A stretch of DNA of 64,000 bases from Candidatus Latescibacterota bacterium. Lineage in GTDB: Bacteria; Latescibacterota; UBA2968; UBA8231. Below are positions 1-10,367 of the stretch, in pieces. Each line of letters opens with the position of its first letter. Positions within the stretch are counted from its first letter, which is position 1. The translations under genes and the position numbers were made by a program. The DNA lies in assembly GCA_965219385.1 (NCBI GenBank), contig CBDCNM010000002.1:3544305-3608304 (forward strand), written 5' to 3'. A model generated the notes under the pieces. That model had not been told where the DNA came from. It worked only from the letters and a program-made list of their open reading frames with translations, and ran no database searches.

Positions 1-116
1 ATACCCAGCAATTGCAGACGATCATCGAAAAGATCTACCAGGTATCAGGCGTCACCGACGTGCGCAGAGTAGATGAACCGGACACCCCCCCGCTCATCCA
101 GCCCGACCAGGTCTGA
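1..116 (+). CDS. 3' end of a CDS entering from the window edge; C-terminal ACT-like domain, possibly RelA/SpoT
   Basis: Frame 3 reads TQQLQTIIEKIYQVSGVTDVRRVDE...QV* (TGA 114-116), resembling the L..II.KI..V.GV..V.R end of RelA/SpoT ACT domains. Confidence 0.45.
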   Translation, partial: TQQLQTIIEKIYQVSGVTDVRRVDEPDTPPLIQPDQV

Positions 117-315
117 ATTTCTGCCCTACCTCCTCATTTCCCTCCAGAGCCGTATCCAGTTTTTGTACAATGAGTACCGCTCCAGGATGAGTTCGATTTC
201 TCTGTGGGTCGGCAAAACGATCATGGGGACACCGAACAGTGTTGACAGCACGCCGACCGCCATCTATATTGCGTCAGCCAGCGTTGACCAGCTACCAAGT
301 CCGACCTCTAAGGTT

Positions 316-1377
316 ATGTCAAAAGAATTCTTTCTTCCCCATATCGCCCGGATGGAGGGCTACACACCTGGGGAACAGCCGCGGCAAGGAGGGTACATCA
401 AGCTCAACACCAATGAAAATCCCTATCCTCCTTCTCCGCTGGCCCTCGAACGACTTCGCGCTGCCTGCCAGGAGGGACTCAGGCTCTACCCGGATTCGGA
501 GGCCAGAGACGTGCGCCAAAGGTTGGGAGAAATCTTTGCGGTCTCACCTGCACAAACCATGGTGGGCAATGGGTCGGACGAGTTGCTCAGCATCATCATG
601 CGCTGTTTTGCAGGTCCGAATGACAAGGTCGTATACCCCTATCCCACCTACAGCTACTACCAGAAACTGATCCAGATACAGGATGCCCAGGAAGTAGTCA
701 TCGATTTTGATGAAGATTTCTCACTCCCACACAACCTGATCGTCGAAGACGCCAAGATCACCCTGGTCGCCAACCCCAATTCCCCTTCCGGAACCCTGAT
801 CCCCTACGAGGAAATAGAAGATCTGGCGGCCAGAATCGGCGGCATCCTGGTTGTCGACGAAGCCTATGTGGACTTTGCCGCCAGCGGGTGCATTCGCTTG
901 ATCGATCAGCACCCGAATACCATTATTCTGCGCACCATGTCCAAGTCTTTTTCCCTGGCCGGCGTGCGCCTCGGTTTCGGTTTTGCCGCACCCCAGCTGA
1001 TCGCCGGAATGTGGAAAATCAAGGACCACTACAATGTCAACTGCCTGAGCCTGGTGGCCGCCGAAGCCGCCCTGGATGACATCGGATGGATGCAAGCCAA
1101 TGCCGCGCGCGTCTGCAAGACCCGTGAACGCCTCACAACCAGACTTGCCCAACTCGGCTTTTCGGTCTGGGATTCCTCTGCCAATTTCATTCTGGCCCGT
1201 ATCGCAGCCCCACCCACAGCCTGGTTGTACCAGGAGCTTAAAAAACGCCGGATACTGGTCCGTTACTTCGACCAGAGCCGGCTGCGGGATTGTCTCCGGA
1301 TTACCGTGGGGACAGACCGGGAAATCGATACCTTTCTGGGTGAATTAGAAGATATCCTGGACCTTGGTTCGCCTTGA
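316..1377 (+). CDS. hisC: Histidinol-phosphate aminotransferase
   Basis: GYTPGEQP, IKLNTNENPY, GNGSDE, NPNSPSG, DEAY, RTMSKSFSLAGVRLG (PLP lysine); likely start ATG 316 (MSKEFF). Confidence 0.93.
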   Translation: MSKEFFLPHIARMEGYTPGEQPRQGGYIKLNTNENPYPPSPLALERLRAACQEGLRLYPDSEARDVRQRLGEIFAVSPAQTMVGNGSDELLSIIMRCFAGPNDKVVYPYPTYSYYQKLIQIQDAQEVVIDFDEDFSLPHNLIVEDAKITLVANPNSPSGTLIPYEEIEDLAARIGGILVVDEAYVDFAASGCIRLIDQHPNTIILRTMSKSFSLAGVRLGFGFAAPQLIAGMWKIKDHYNVNCLSLVAAEAALDDIGWMQANAARVCKTRERLTTRLAQLGFSVWDSSANFILARIAAPPTAWLYQELKKRRILVRYFDQSRLRDCLRITVGTDREIDTFLGELEDILDLGSP

Positions 1378-1431
1378 GATCTCACTCGCGAAATACCGTA
1401 ACTATTCGGACCTCAAGGCCGGGAGGGGATG

Positions 1432-1550
1432 GTGCCGGCAGCGTTTTATGGGGGGGTAGAGTGGGGAAAAGGGGGCTCTGGGACTCAGGCCTGCCTGGGG
1501 GGGTGACGAGGGGCAAGAGCGCCCTGGGCATCGTAAAACGCTGCCGGCAC
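1432..1550. repeat. 17-bp perfect inverted repeat enclosing a G-run-rich spacer
   Basis: gtgccggcagcgtttta (1432-1448) / taaaacgctgccggcac (1534-1550), between convergent hisC and GT2 genes. Confidence 0.85.
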
Positions 1551-1629
1551 AAGCCCCGCACGGCCAACCGCCGATTCCGTGAAGTACGGAGAATCCGGTA
1601 GCTCACTCCCAGCCCCAAGCCAGTTCGCA

Positions 1630-2622
1630 TTAATTATTTCCTTTGTGGTTATTACCAAGGCGCTCAAAAATCCGCGGAGTACGCCCACCACGCTGGTAAA
1701 GGCTGGCCAGCATATCGCCCAACAAGCCGGTAGAAAAAAACTGAATCCCGACGATGACCAGGAGTACGCCCAACAGCAACAGTGGAAAACGATCTTGTAT
1801 ATTACCGTATTCGTACCACAAAAAAGCGATGTACGCACAGATCGAGAAGCCGATCAGACTCACGCTTAGGCCCAGGCCCCCGAATATGTGCATGGGCGTG
1901 GTCATGAAGCGCACTACAAAGGTAATGGTCAACAGGTCCAAAAATCCACTCAACAGGCGCCTATAGCCAAACTTTGACTTGCCAAATCGCCGGGGATGAT
2001 GCACTACCGGGATCTCCCCTACGCGGTATCCCGCCCAGTGAGCAATGGCCGGCAGGTAGCGATAGAGTTCGCCGTACAGATAAGGTAAGGCATCTTCGAC
2101 CACCTCGCGGCGATAGGCCTTGAGTCCGCAATTAAAATCGTGCAGACGGACACCGGATACCACAGAGGTCACCCAGTTGAATAACCTGGAAGGTAAGGTC
2201 TTACTCAAGGGGTCGTGGCGCACCTTTTTCCAACCAGACATCAGGTCAAATCCTTCATCCAGTGCGGCCAGAAGATTGGGAATTTCCTCGGGATCGTCCT
2301 GCAAATCAGCGTCCATGGTGACGATTATTTCGCCGCATGCCTCTCTAAACCCGGCTGCCAGAGCCGCGGCCTTCCGTTGATTGCGCCTGAAACGCAGAGC
2401 ACAGATATAGCCGTAGTGTTGAGTCAACTCTTTAATGACGGTAAAAGATTGGTCCGTGCTACCGTCATCCACAAGAATAACCTCAGGTTTGAACTTCAAT
2501 TTTTCAAGGGCAATGTGAAGTTTTTCACACAGTGTAGGCAGGCTTTCCTCTTCATTGAGAATGGGAATTACAACGGATAGATCAACCTTTTCTTGGTTGC
2601 CCTTGTCTTTGGCACTTAGCAC
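1630..2622 (-). CDS. GT2 glycosyltransferase, ArnC/DPM-synthase-like, with two C-terminal TM helices
   Basis: LSVVIPILNEE, VDDGSTD, MDADLQDDP, HDFNCGLKAYR motifs. Confidence 0.92.
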   Translation of the reverse strand: MLSAKDKGNQEKVDLSVVIPILNEEESLPTLCEKLHIALEKLKFKPEVILVDDGSTDQSFTVIKELTQHYGYICALRFRRNQRKAAALAAGFREACGEIIVTMDADLQDDPEEIPNLLAALDEGFDLMSGWKKVRHDPLSKTLPSRLFNWVTSVVSGVRLHDFNCGLKAYRREVVEDALPYLYGELYRYLPAIAHWAGYRVGEIPVVHHPRRFGKSKFGYRRLLSGFLDLLTITFVVRFMTTPMHIFGGLGLSVSLIGFSICAYIAFLWYEYGNIQDRFPLLLLGVLLVIVGIQFFSTGLLGDMLASLYQRGGRTPRIFERLGNNHKGNN

Positions 2623-2824
2623 TTAACTTCCTCCAGATTGAAGGCGTAATTCCTGTATCAAAAGCTGGAGTCTCTCATCCTGAGGATTTATACTAAGGGT
2701 TTTGTCGACGGTAGGCCATGGCCAGCACATTGTAGGTTCCCTAATCCAATGTAAATTACCAGGGTATCCCGAGCAACAAAATGCCGCTTGACACTACTAC
2801 CCGATTCTCAGTATATAGCATATT

Positions 2825-4264
2825 ATGTACCTTCCTCCCAATGCACACATACACCTGATTGCTATCTGTGGCACAGCCATGGCCTCTCTCGCCGGCATGC
2901 TCAAGGAGCAAGGCTACCGCATAACCGGTTCTGATCATCACGTCTATCCTCCGATGAGCACTTTCCTCGAGACCCTCGGCATTGAGGTAGAGGAGGGTTT
3001 TGACGCGGCCCGACTGGCTCAGGCTCCCCATCTGGTCATTATCGGCAATGCGGTTTCGCGCGGCAACCCGGAAGTAGAGACCGTTCTCAATCGCAAGATT
3101 CCCTATCTGTCTCTCCCGGAAGTCCTGCGGGATTTTTTTATCCGCGGCAAGCGCTCTATCGTGGTGACCGGGACGCATGGCAAAACGACCACGACCGCGC
3201 TCACGGCACACCTGCTGACCCATGCTAAACTCGAACCATCTTTCCTGGTCGCAGGCTTACCGCGCAACTGCAAGCGCTCCTACCATCTGGGTAAAGGAGA
3301 CTTTTTCGTTATCGAGGGAGATGAGTACGACAGCGCTTTTTTTGCAAAAACCGCCAAATTTTACCACTACCTGCCCGAAATCCTGATCATCAACAACATC
3401 GAATTCGATCACGCAGATATCTATGACGACCTGGATTCTATCAAAAAGGCTTTCCAGCAACTCATCAATTTAGTTCCTCAAAAGGGTCTGCTCCTGGCCG
3501 GCGTCGACGACCCGGTAGTCTCTGATTTAATACCAGCGTCTTTCGCACCGGTCCAAACCTTTGGAATCGAACACCGAGCCTACTGGCAAGCCACCGAGAT
3601 TGAGTCCTCGCCTCAAGGCTGTTCTTTCACCGTGCGACGCCGAGGGGAACCTCTGGGACGTTTTGATTTACCCCTGGTCGGCACCTATAATATCCGCAAC
3701 GCGCTGGCCGGCCTGAGCGCGGCCAGCGCTGCCGGCCTGAGCATACGCCAACTCCAGACGGGCCTGCGTTCCTTTAGCGGCGTCAAGCGCCGACAGGAAT
3801 TTATTGGCACAGTGCAGGACATCACCCTCATTGACGATTTTGCCCACCATCCTACTGCCGTCGAGCAGACCCTGGGGGGGCTGCGCCAGGTCTATCCAGA
3901 TTCCCGTCTCTGGGCTGTTTTCGAGCCGGCCAGTGCGACCAATGCCCGAGCAATATTCGAAGAGCGTTATACCTACGCCTTTGCCTGTGCCGACGAGGTG
4001 ATTATCGGCAAAGTCCCGCGCCCGGAACGAGCACGCCAGGATCCCCCCTTTTCCGCCGAGCGCATCGTCCAGTCCATCCGCCGGCAAGGCAGATCAGCCC
4101 GATATCTTCCCGAGGTCTCCGATACTATCGCTTGTATTCTCGCTTCAGTCCATCCGGGAGATGTGGTAATTTTCATGAGTAATAGTGGTTTTGGCCACAT
4201 TCAGCAAGGCCTGCTGGAAGCTCTGCAAGAAAAATATGGCGCGAAAATTGCCAAAACCGTTTGA
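2825..4264 (+). CDS. mpl: Murein peptide ligase (Mpl/MurC family)
   Basis: IHLIAICGTAMASLA, YPPMS, GTHGKTTT, EGDEYDSAFF, IEFDHADIY, DDFAHHPTA. Confidence 0.9.
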   Translation: MYLPPNAHIHLIAICGTAMASLAGMLKEQGYRITGSDHHVYPPMSTFLETLGIEVEEGFDAARLAQAPHLVIIGNAVSRGNPEVETVLNRKIPYLSLPEVLRDFFIRGKRSIVVTGTHGKTTTTALTAHLLTHAKLEPSFLVAGLPRNCKRSYHLGKGDFFVIEGDEYDSAFFAKTAKFYHYLPEILIINNIEFDHADIYDDLDSIKKAFQQLINLVPQKGLLLAGVDDPVVSDLIPASFAPVQTFGIEHRAYWQATEIESSPQGCSFTVRRRGEPLGRFDLPLVGTYNIRNALAGLSAASAAGLSIRQLQTGLRSFSGVKRRQEFIGTVQDITLIDDFAHHPTAVEQTLGGLRQVYPDSRLWAVFEPASATNARAIFEERYTYAFACADEVIIGKVPRPERARQDPPFSAERIVQSIRRQGRSARYLPEVSDTIACILASVHPGDVVIFMSNSGFGHIQQGLLEALQEKYGAKIAKTV

Positions 4265-4415
4265 TGATACCTCTAGGCCATTATATTATATTTACTCCTA
4301 TTGAGCAGGCTCAAGCGGAAGAAATCTGATATATGAGGTGAAAAACAAGGGCTCCTTGAGGAGGCGAAAGCCGCGTTCGGCGCTGCCTGGGCCTTTGTAG
4401 GCGGGCAGGAGGGTC

Positions 4416-4703
4416 TTGATCGTCTACCTCTTGAGCAGGTGCCACAAGCGAGTGGATAGCGGCCCCAGAAAGGAGGTGCGGCAGTATACCTACTGGAGTG
4501 TGGTGCTTGGAAGCTTGGCCGCGATTGTAGGCACCTCCGAGAAGGCAGATGCTCATTATTGCTATGGCATCCCGGTGGGGGGAGAGGCAAACATATGTTT
4601 CGCCGACGATTGTGATGAGGAATACGGGATGTACTTTGTTAAGCATGTGTCGAAAGACTCCCGGCATGGGTGTATCGACTACCGTATAAGCTGTGACTGT
4701 TGA
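4416..4703 (+). CDS. Small putative secreted Cys-rich peptide (start uncertain, TTG 4416 or GTG ~4476)
   Basis: Hydrophobic stretch ending ADA (signal-peptidase-like), then ~49 aa with six Cys ending CDC*. Confidence 0.5.
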   Translation: MIVYLLSRCHKRVDSGPRKEVRQYTYWSVVLGSLAAIVGTSEKADAHYCYGIPVGGEANICFADDCDEEYGMYFVKHVSKDSRHGCIDYRISCDC

Positions 4704-4852
4704 GGAAGCAGGCTATATGGAATGGTTTCACCGCTGAGTCCAATTTTCGGATCCGAAGTGGACTCAGCATTCTCAGATCCTCGTATGTCCCACTTATTCT
4801 ACGCGATTTGACGCATTCTGAGAGTGAAATCATCGTTTTTTATAACACTCGC

Positions 4853-6050
4853 CACAGTACACGACAAAACGTAAAAGACCTGCACTCATTGGAACAAGGG
4901 TTTATGTTTAGGGTGTCGAATCCCGACTAACCCTCATCCTGGAGCACAGGTCTATGGCTTCCCAAACTAAGGATTTACATGCCGTTTTGCAATGGCATCT
5001 GCCCTGGCACAAAACCCGGGTGGTGTTTATCAGTGCGTTCATCTTATCCTTACTCAAGGTCATGACGGTCAATCTGACCAAAATTGCCAATGGGCTCAAC
5101 GGGCGGGTCGATAAACGGTCCAACTATCGCCGCATTCAACGCTTTTTGGCCCTATTTGAACTCGACTATGGGCTGATGGCTCAGCTGATGCTTCATCTGC
5201 TCCCCCCCCAGCGCAAGTGGCTGATGACGATGGACCGGACCACCGGGCAATTCGGCCGATTTACCATCAACATTTTGATGGTAGGTCTGGTCTACCAGGG
5301 GATGGCCTTCCCGCTGTTTTGGAGGCTGCTGAATAAAAAAGGCAATTCCAACACCCAAGAGCGCATCGCCTTGATGAAACAGGTGCTTGGGGTGCTGCCC
5401 GTCCGTCGCATCCACGCCTTGGTAGCCGACCGCGAATTCATTGGCCCGGACTGGTTTAGCTGGCTGGAGCAGCAGTCGATTCCCTTTGCCATTCGCATTC
5501 GCGAAAATGCGCAACTACCTCGGCCTACCGGCCGGTCCGGGCCGGTGCGTCGCCTCTTTGCCGACCTGCCCGTCCAGCATCAACGCATCTTGCGAAAACC
5601 GCGTCCGATCTACGGCCATTCCTTATATCTATCGGCGTTGCGCTTGGCCGAGGAGTATGGGATTGTGGTCCGCTTCCAGCAGGGGGCCTGGGGCCTCGAA
5701 CACTATCGCCCGCGTTGGGGCATTGAGTGTCTTTTCGCCGCGCTCAAATCGCGCGGCTTTGATTTTGAAGACACCCATCTCAATCAGGCCGAACGCATTG
5801 AGAAACTCATCGCCCTGTTGGCCCTGGCCGTTGCCTGGGCCTTCCTCGTGGGCCTCTGGTTAGCCCAGCACAAGCCGCTGAAAATCAAAAAACATGGCCG
5901 AAAAGAGCAAAGCCTCTTTCGCTACGGAGCGGATCATCTACAGTATATTCTGCTCAATATACAAGACCAATCCGATGCGTTTTATCAATGTGTCTGGTTA
6001 CTGATGATACCCGCAATGGCCTACAGAAACTAATTTTGTCGTGTACTATG
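4853..6050 (+). mobile_element. IS4-family element (IS10/ISAba1-like group)
   Basis: IRs cacagtacacgacaaaa / ttttgtcgtgtactatg (16/17); 8-bp TSD acactcgc at 4845-4852 and 6051-6058. Confidence 0.92.
4954..6033 (+). CDS. IS4-family DDE transposase
   Basis: SNYRRIQRF, ADREFIG, Y..RWGIE.LF..LKSRGF.FEDTH motifs. Confidence 0.92.
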   Translation: MASQTKDLHAVLQWHLPWHKTRVVFISAFILSLLKVMTVNLTKIANGLNGRVDKRSNYRRIQRFLALFELDYGLMAQLMLHLLPPQRKWLMTMDRTTGQFGRFTINILMVGLVYQGMAFPLFWRLLNKKGNSNTQERIALMKQVLGVLPVRRIHALVADREFIGPDWFSWLEQQSIPFAIRIRENAQLPRPTGRSGPVRRLFADLPVQHQRILRKPRPIYGHSLYLSALRLAEEYGIVVRFQQGAWGLEHYRPRWGIECLFAALKSRGFDFEDTHLNQAERIEKLIALLALAVAWAFLVGLWLAQHKPLKIKKHGRKEQSLFRYGADHLQYILLNIQDQSDAFYQCVWLLMIPAMAYRN

Positions 6051-6160
6051 ACACTCGCAATAAAGAACGAACAGAACGTCTATAAGTTCAGTAATATCAG
6101 CTGTATATGACCTGTCGTAGGTAGATCATGTGGGACTCACCCTTTTGGTGGAGAATTGGT

Positions 6161-6723
6161 ATGTCTGGGAAATGGTTGAGTGTTTTGCTGCTTTTCACTA
6201 CACCCGTACTGGGTATTACCTGGGAGTTTGAGGAAGAAGGAGACAGCCAGGGATGGGCGGCCGTTGAGGGTTTGAATTCAGGAGGCATTGTCTTTTATTG
6301 TCTTTTTCCTGTCCCCTCTCAAGTCGGTGGTGACAGATGGGGTATGGCGTATCTCCCTGGAAGAATTCGATCCGGCAGCTAATCTCCGGCCGGCAGTGCA
6401 ACTGGTTTCCCCTCACATCGGCCATGATTCTGAGTTGTTCGACCGGCTCGAAATCCATCTGCGGGTGATTGGTCAACAACCCTTGGAAGGGGGATCTGTG
6501 CGTTTTAGCTGGACCAATACCTTGAATCGGTTAAGCCCGGGAGTATGCGCTCCAAGACCCTGCGAAAGCCAATTTGGCCTTTGGGTGCGGGAGATAACCT
6601 ACACCACCGAATGGCAGGGAGTGGTGATCAGCGATTTGCGTAGTGGCATGTTTACGGAGAATACAGGCAACATGCGCGAAATCCTTTGGGAGGAGGAACT
6701 GATTGATCTGCGTCCCGAATTGC
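6161..6723 (+). pseudogene. 5' part of a secreted protein gene, frameshifted near 6290-6310 and interrupted by an IS1-like element
   Basis: Signal peptide MSGKWLSVLLLFTTPVLG then ITWEFEEEGDSQGWAA; reading continues in another frame (ORF 6288-6749) up to the IS end. Confidence 0.65.
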
Positions 6724-6732
6724 CCTGGTGTC

Positions 6733-7859
6733 CTAGTTCCATTGCATAGCGGGAAAGGTCAACCATTCACGTAACGACCATACATGGTCGGCTAATCCGG
6801 CGGCCATGGCCGGGGTTCGATCCGATCCGTGGCCCTGGGCGTCTTTGGCCCGAAGGGTTCGTACCGGCCAGCAGAAGTTGTAACTATACATGGTGAAATA
6901 GGTGACGGCTTCATGGATGTTCCAGTCTTTCGAGAAACAATAACTCTGGCGCGTTTTGCGCGCATTGCGATGCCGATCGGTGCCATTGTGCCGTTCCATG
7001 AACGCGGTGTTGACCGGCGCCCTGACGGCCGAGGCTTCCAAGGCGGCCTGGACGCTTTTGTCGGTGCCGCAGACGGTGCGAAATTCAATGTCAACGACGC
7101 GTCCCTGCTGGCGCGTTTTGTGCACCGTGGCCTAGTTGAGTCCCTCGGGGGGGAGGAGGTAGGGCTGCGCAGGACGCCCCGGCTTGCCGGTAGGGGGCGG
7201 GATCACTTCCTCTCCGTAGGCCTGATGAATCGCCCCTTCATAGGGCCGGTATTCGTCACGGATGAGCAGTTCAATGGCCGCATCATCGGTGCGCTGCTGG
7301 AATGCTTGCACCACCTGCTCGACCTGTTCGACCGTGCGCTTGCCCGGCACCACCGCGATCACCAGGCGATGTTCCGGATCATAGGCGACGTGATCCCAGT
7401 GGTCGCCCTGATGCGCATCCTGCGGATGCTCCGGATCACAGTGCTTCTCTTTCTTGCCGACGAAAGCCCATTTCTCATCGAACTGGCCTTTCCGGGTCTG
7501 AGGGGGGAAAAAGCGACCCACTCGTCATGTAGATCCTTGGAGTGGCGCCCTTCCAGCTTGTTGTAGCGGACCACGGTCTCTTTGGTTACCCCACCCCCCG
7601 TCAGGCGGGTGGTGGAACGGACCCCACACTCTTCCTGGATATGCTGGAGCACCGACACGATCTTGTCCTCGTCCAGGTGGGCCTGGAACAGGGCCGTACC
7701 TTTGCGCTGGGAAAAGCGGGCTTTGCAGCTGCGGCAATACAGCAGGCGCAGGGGCTTCTTCTTCCCATAGCGGGCGCACACCGTCAGATTTTCCAGACCG
7801 CGCAGACCGTAATCCGGGCAGTCCTTATTGGGGCAGCAGAAGGGGGAAAGGTCATCCAT
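6733..7859 (-). pseudogene. IS1-family transposase (Zn-finger/HTH plus DDE), frameshifted, with internal TAG at 7132-7134
   Basis: CCPNKDC...CRSC, QFDEKWAFV, NTAFMERHNGT, YNFCWP, RTPAMAAGLADHVW across three ORFs. Confidence 0.85.
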
Positions 7860-7941
7860 CGTTGTCCTCCATAAAGGGAACTTTAATCAAAAGCTTCACT
7901 TATCTAAACCTTGCTAGAGGATAAGAAAATAATCAAAACCG

Positions 7942-9180
7942 TGTAGTGGACCCCAAAAACTGGACCACTGGTTAAGGTGGAATTATCTTATCAGTGGAGG
8001 TAACCATGCGTCGAAAAATCATACGCCTGAATTCAAAGCCCAGGTGGCGCTGGAAGCGCTCAAAGGGCTGAAAACGCTCAATGAACTGGCCAGCGACTAT
8101 GGGGTCCATCCCAACCAGATCAGCCAGTGGAAGCGCCAACTGCAGAGCGAATCCCAGCATCTATTTACCCGCCGTCCTACGCCGGACCAACGAGCCGAAG
8201 AAGAATTGAAAGCTCATCTGTATCAGCAAATCGGCCCGCTCAAGGTGGAGCTGGACTGGGTGAAAAAAAAGCTGCCCTCTTCGATTGAGATGAAACGGGC
8301 CCTTATTGATGTGCCGCATCCCCCACTCAGCATCCGACGCCAGTGTGCCTTGTTGGGTTTACCGCGTTCGTCGTTTTACTATAGCCCGGCTCAGGCTAGC
8401 GCTGAGGAGTTGGTCCTGATGCGGCGGATCGACGAGCAATATACGCGTACTCCTTTCTATGGCAGTCGAAAGATGGTCACCTATCTGGGGCAGCAAGGCT
8501 GCTCAGTCAATCGCAAACGGGTCCAGCGTCTCATGCGCCCGATGGGGTTAGAAGCGATCGCGCCTGGAAAGCGGACCAGCACGCCTCATCCAGGGCACAA
8601 AGTCTACCCCTATCTGCTGCGCGGCTTGACCATTGATCGCAGTGATTACGTAGGGTGCACCGACATCACTTATATCCGTCTATACCAAGGCTTTATGTAT
8701 CTAGTCGCCGTCATGGACTGGTGTAGCCGCTACGTGTTGACCTGGCAGCTATCCAATACACTGGACGTGAACTTCTGCCTCGATGCCTTGGAGACGGCAC
8801 TGAGGGGGGGGCCACCCGACATCTTTAACAGCGACCAGGGCGCTCAGTTTACCCGTCATGCTTTTACTGATCGTTTGCAACAGGCTCACATCGCCATCAG
8901 TATGGATGGACGCGGCCGGATGCTGGACAATATCTTTATCGAGCGGCTTTGGCGTAGTCTCAAATACGAAGATATCTACCTGAAGGACTACGCCACCGTC
9001 CCCCAACTCTACGAGGGATTAACGGCGTATTTCCATTTCTACAACGAGGAGCGTCCTCATCCGTCCTTGGATAATCAGGTCCCAATTGAGGTGTATCATG
9101 CCGGCCGAATCCATCTCATTTAACCCCAGCTTTTCACCTTAAAATACCCCAGAGTGGTCCAAACAATGGGGTCCACCTCC
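7942..9180 (+). mobile_element. IS3-family element, copy a; orfA/orfB fused, 1-bp deletion just after the start codon
   Basis: IRs tgtagtggacccc...ggacca / tggtcc...ggggtccacctcc; 3-bp TSD ccg; DITY, NSDQGAQF, NIFIERLWRSLKYE; A5 vs A6 run after ATG compared with copy b. Confidence 0.92.
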
Positions 9181-9206
9181 CCGCTCAATGGTTCCCGTAC
9201 ACGAGG

Positions 9207-9615
9207 CGAATTCCCTAAGGCAACACAATTGTACATGCGTATTATTGAACAGTTCCCCGAAACTCAGGAAGCCTTTCAGGCACAGCAGGTTCTGATCTAC
9301 TTGAGCGATATGGCAGCCGACTCGCTCTACACTGAGGGCATGGCTCTGTACGACAGAGGGGAATACAAGCAGGCAATTGAGGTCTTACGGCAAATCGTCG
9401 AGCGCTATCTCGGCACACCCAGTGAGGCAGCAGCCCGGTGCAATATCGGCGTTTCCTACCAGCAGATGGGCGAATGGCGCAAAGCTGCCAAAGTTTACGA
9501 GGAAGCCATAACGGCGCTGAAGGGGCGAGAAGAGGAGTGGCAAGCTCTGGAGTTTGCTCGGGCAAATCGGAGGTGGATTACGCGCACATACTTCGGCGAG
9601 GAGGTGATGGAGTGA
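9207..9615 (+). pseudogene. TPR-repeat C-terminal fragment left of the IS insertion's downstream side
   Basis: ADSLYTEGMALYDRGEYKQAIEVL..IVERY, ARCNIGVSYQQMGEWRKAAKVYEE; no start outside the IS. Confidence 0.75.
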
Positions 9616-10367
9616 CGCATTTCTGGAACAGGTTTGTCTTGCTGGTGATTTTCCCATCCAGTTGCCTCCAGATACCACCTGACCTCCTTTACAAGATTCG
9701 CATTGAGCCGCATGAAGCTTTTTTGCAGGAAACAACCTACTACTTTGATCTGGAGGACAGTACTACTGTGTTCCAGAAAAAGGGTTTCCGTCTGAAGCTG
9801 CACTATATGAGCGATCAGGAACTGAACCGAGAATACGCCCGCTCCACCTTCCGCGATCCCAATCTCAATCCCTTCACTTACGGCACGGACCGCGATCTGG
9901 ACAAGGGGTATTCCCCTCCACGCTTCACGGTCTTCCAAATGACTGTGGTCAACCAGAATAACTCTAAGGCCATGGTGGACCCGGCCAAAATGGCTTTACA
10001 TACGGACCGAAGTGAGGTATTCGAGTACTGGGACGTGCTCAAGCACGATGCAACGAACAGCTTCGAGCAATACTACCTTAAGCGACGCGGTAAGGGCGGC
10101 AACGAGAATTACTACTTTCAGGAGCGCATGGGTCTGGTGCGGCAGGACCTGTACAGGCGTCATGTCTTCGTCTTCAAGGGGGAGGAGTACAGTGGCAAGA
10201 TAGTCTTCGCTCCGCTGCACAAGGATGTGCGCGAGGTGAAGATAAAGGTGAAGGACATTGTGCTGCAAGTGGATGCGTTCGACCGGCCTAAGGAGACTGT
10301 GGACGCCGAGTTCCGTTTCCAGGTAGAGCAAAAGGTAGTATCCATGGACCTAGAACGGTCTCAATGA
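9612..10367 (+). CDS. Lipoprotein of unknown function, paralog of 18592-19329
   Basis: GTG start overlapping the upstream stop; lipobox-like VIFPSSC; shared NPFT[YF]G, RFTVF, DP.K..L, LH.DV motifs. Confidence 0.8.
   Translation: MTHFWNRFVLLVIFPSSCLQIPPDLLYKIRIEPHEAFLQETTYYFDLEDSTTVFQKKGFRLKLHYMSDQELNREYARSTFRDPNLNPFTYGTDRDLDKGYSPPRFTVFQMTVVNQNNSKAMVDPAKMALHTDRSEVFEYWDVLKHDATNSFEQYYLKRRGKGGNENYYFQERMGLVRQDLYRRHVFVFKGEEYSGKIVFAPLHKDVREVKIKVKDIVLQVDAFDRPKETVDAEFRFQVEQKVVSMDLERSQ

Larger units (their letters stand above)
6724..9206 (-). mobile_element. IS1-like element with an IS3 element nested near its left end
   Basis: Imperfect termini cctggtgtcc..ccattg / caatgg..gtacacgagg; near-perfect 8-bp TSD cgaattgc (6716-6723) / cgaattcc (9207-9214). 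Confidence 0.6.

Noticed and set aside
73..315. N-terminal extension of HisC
   Set aside because: Overlaps the upstream CDS; homologous sequence starts at ATG 316.
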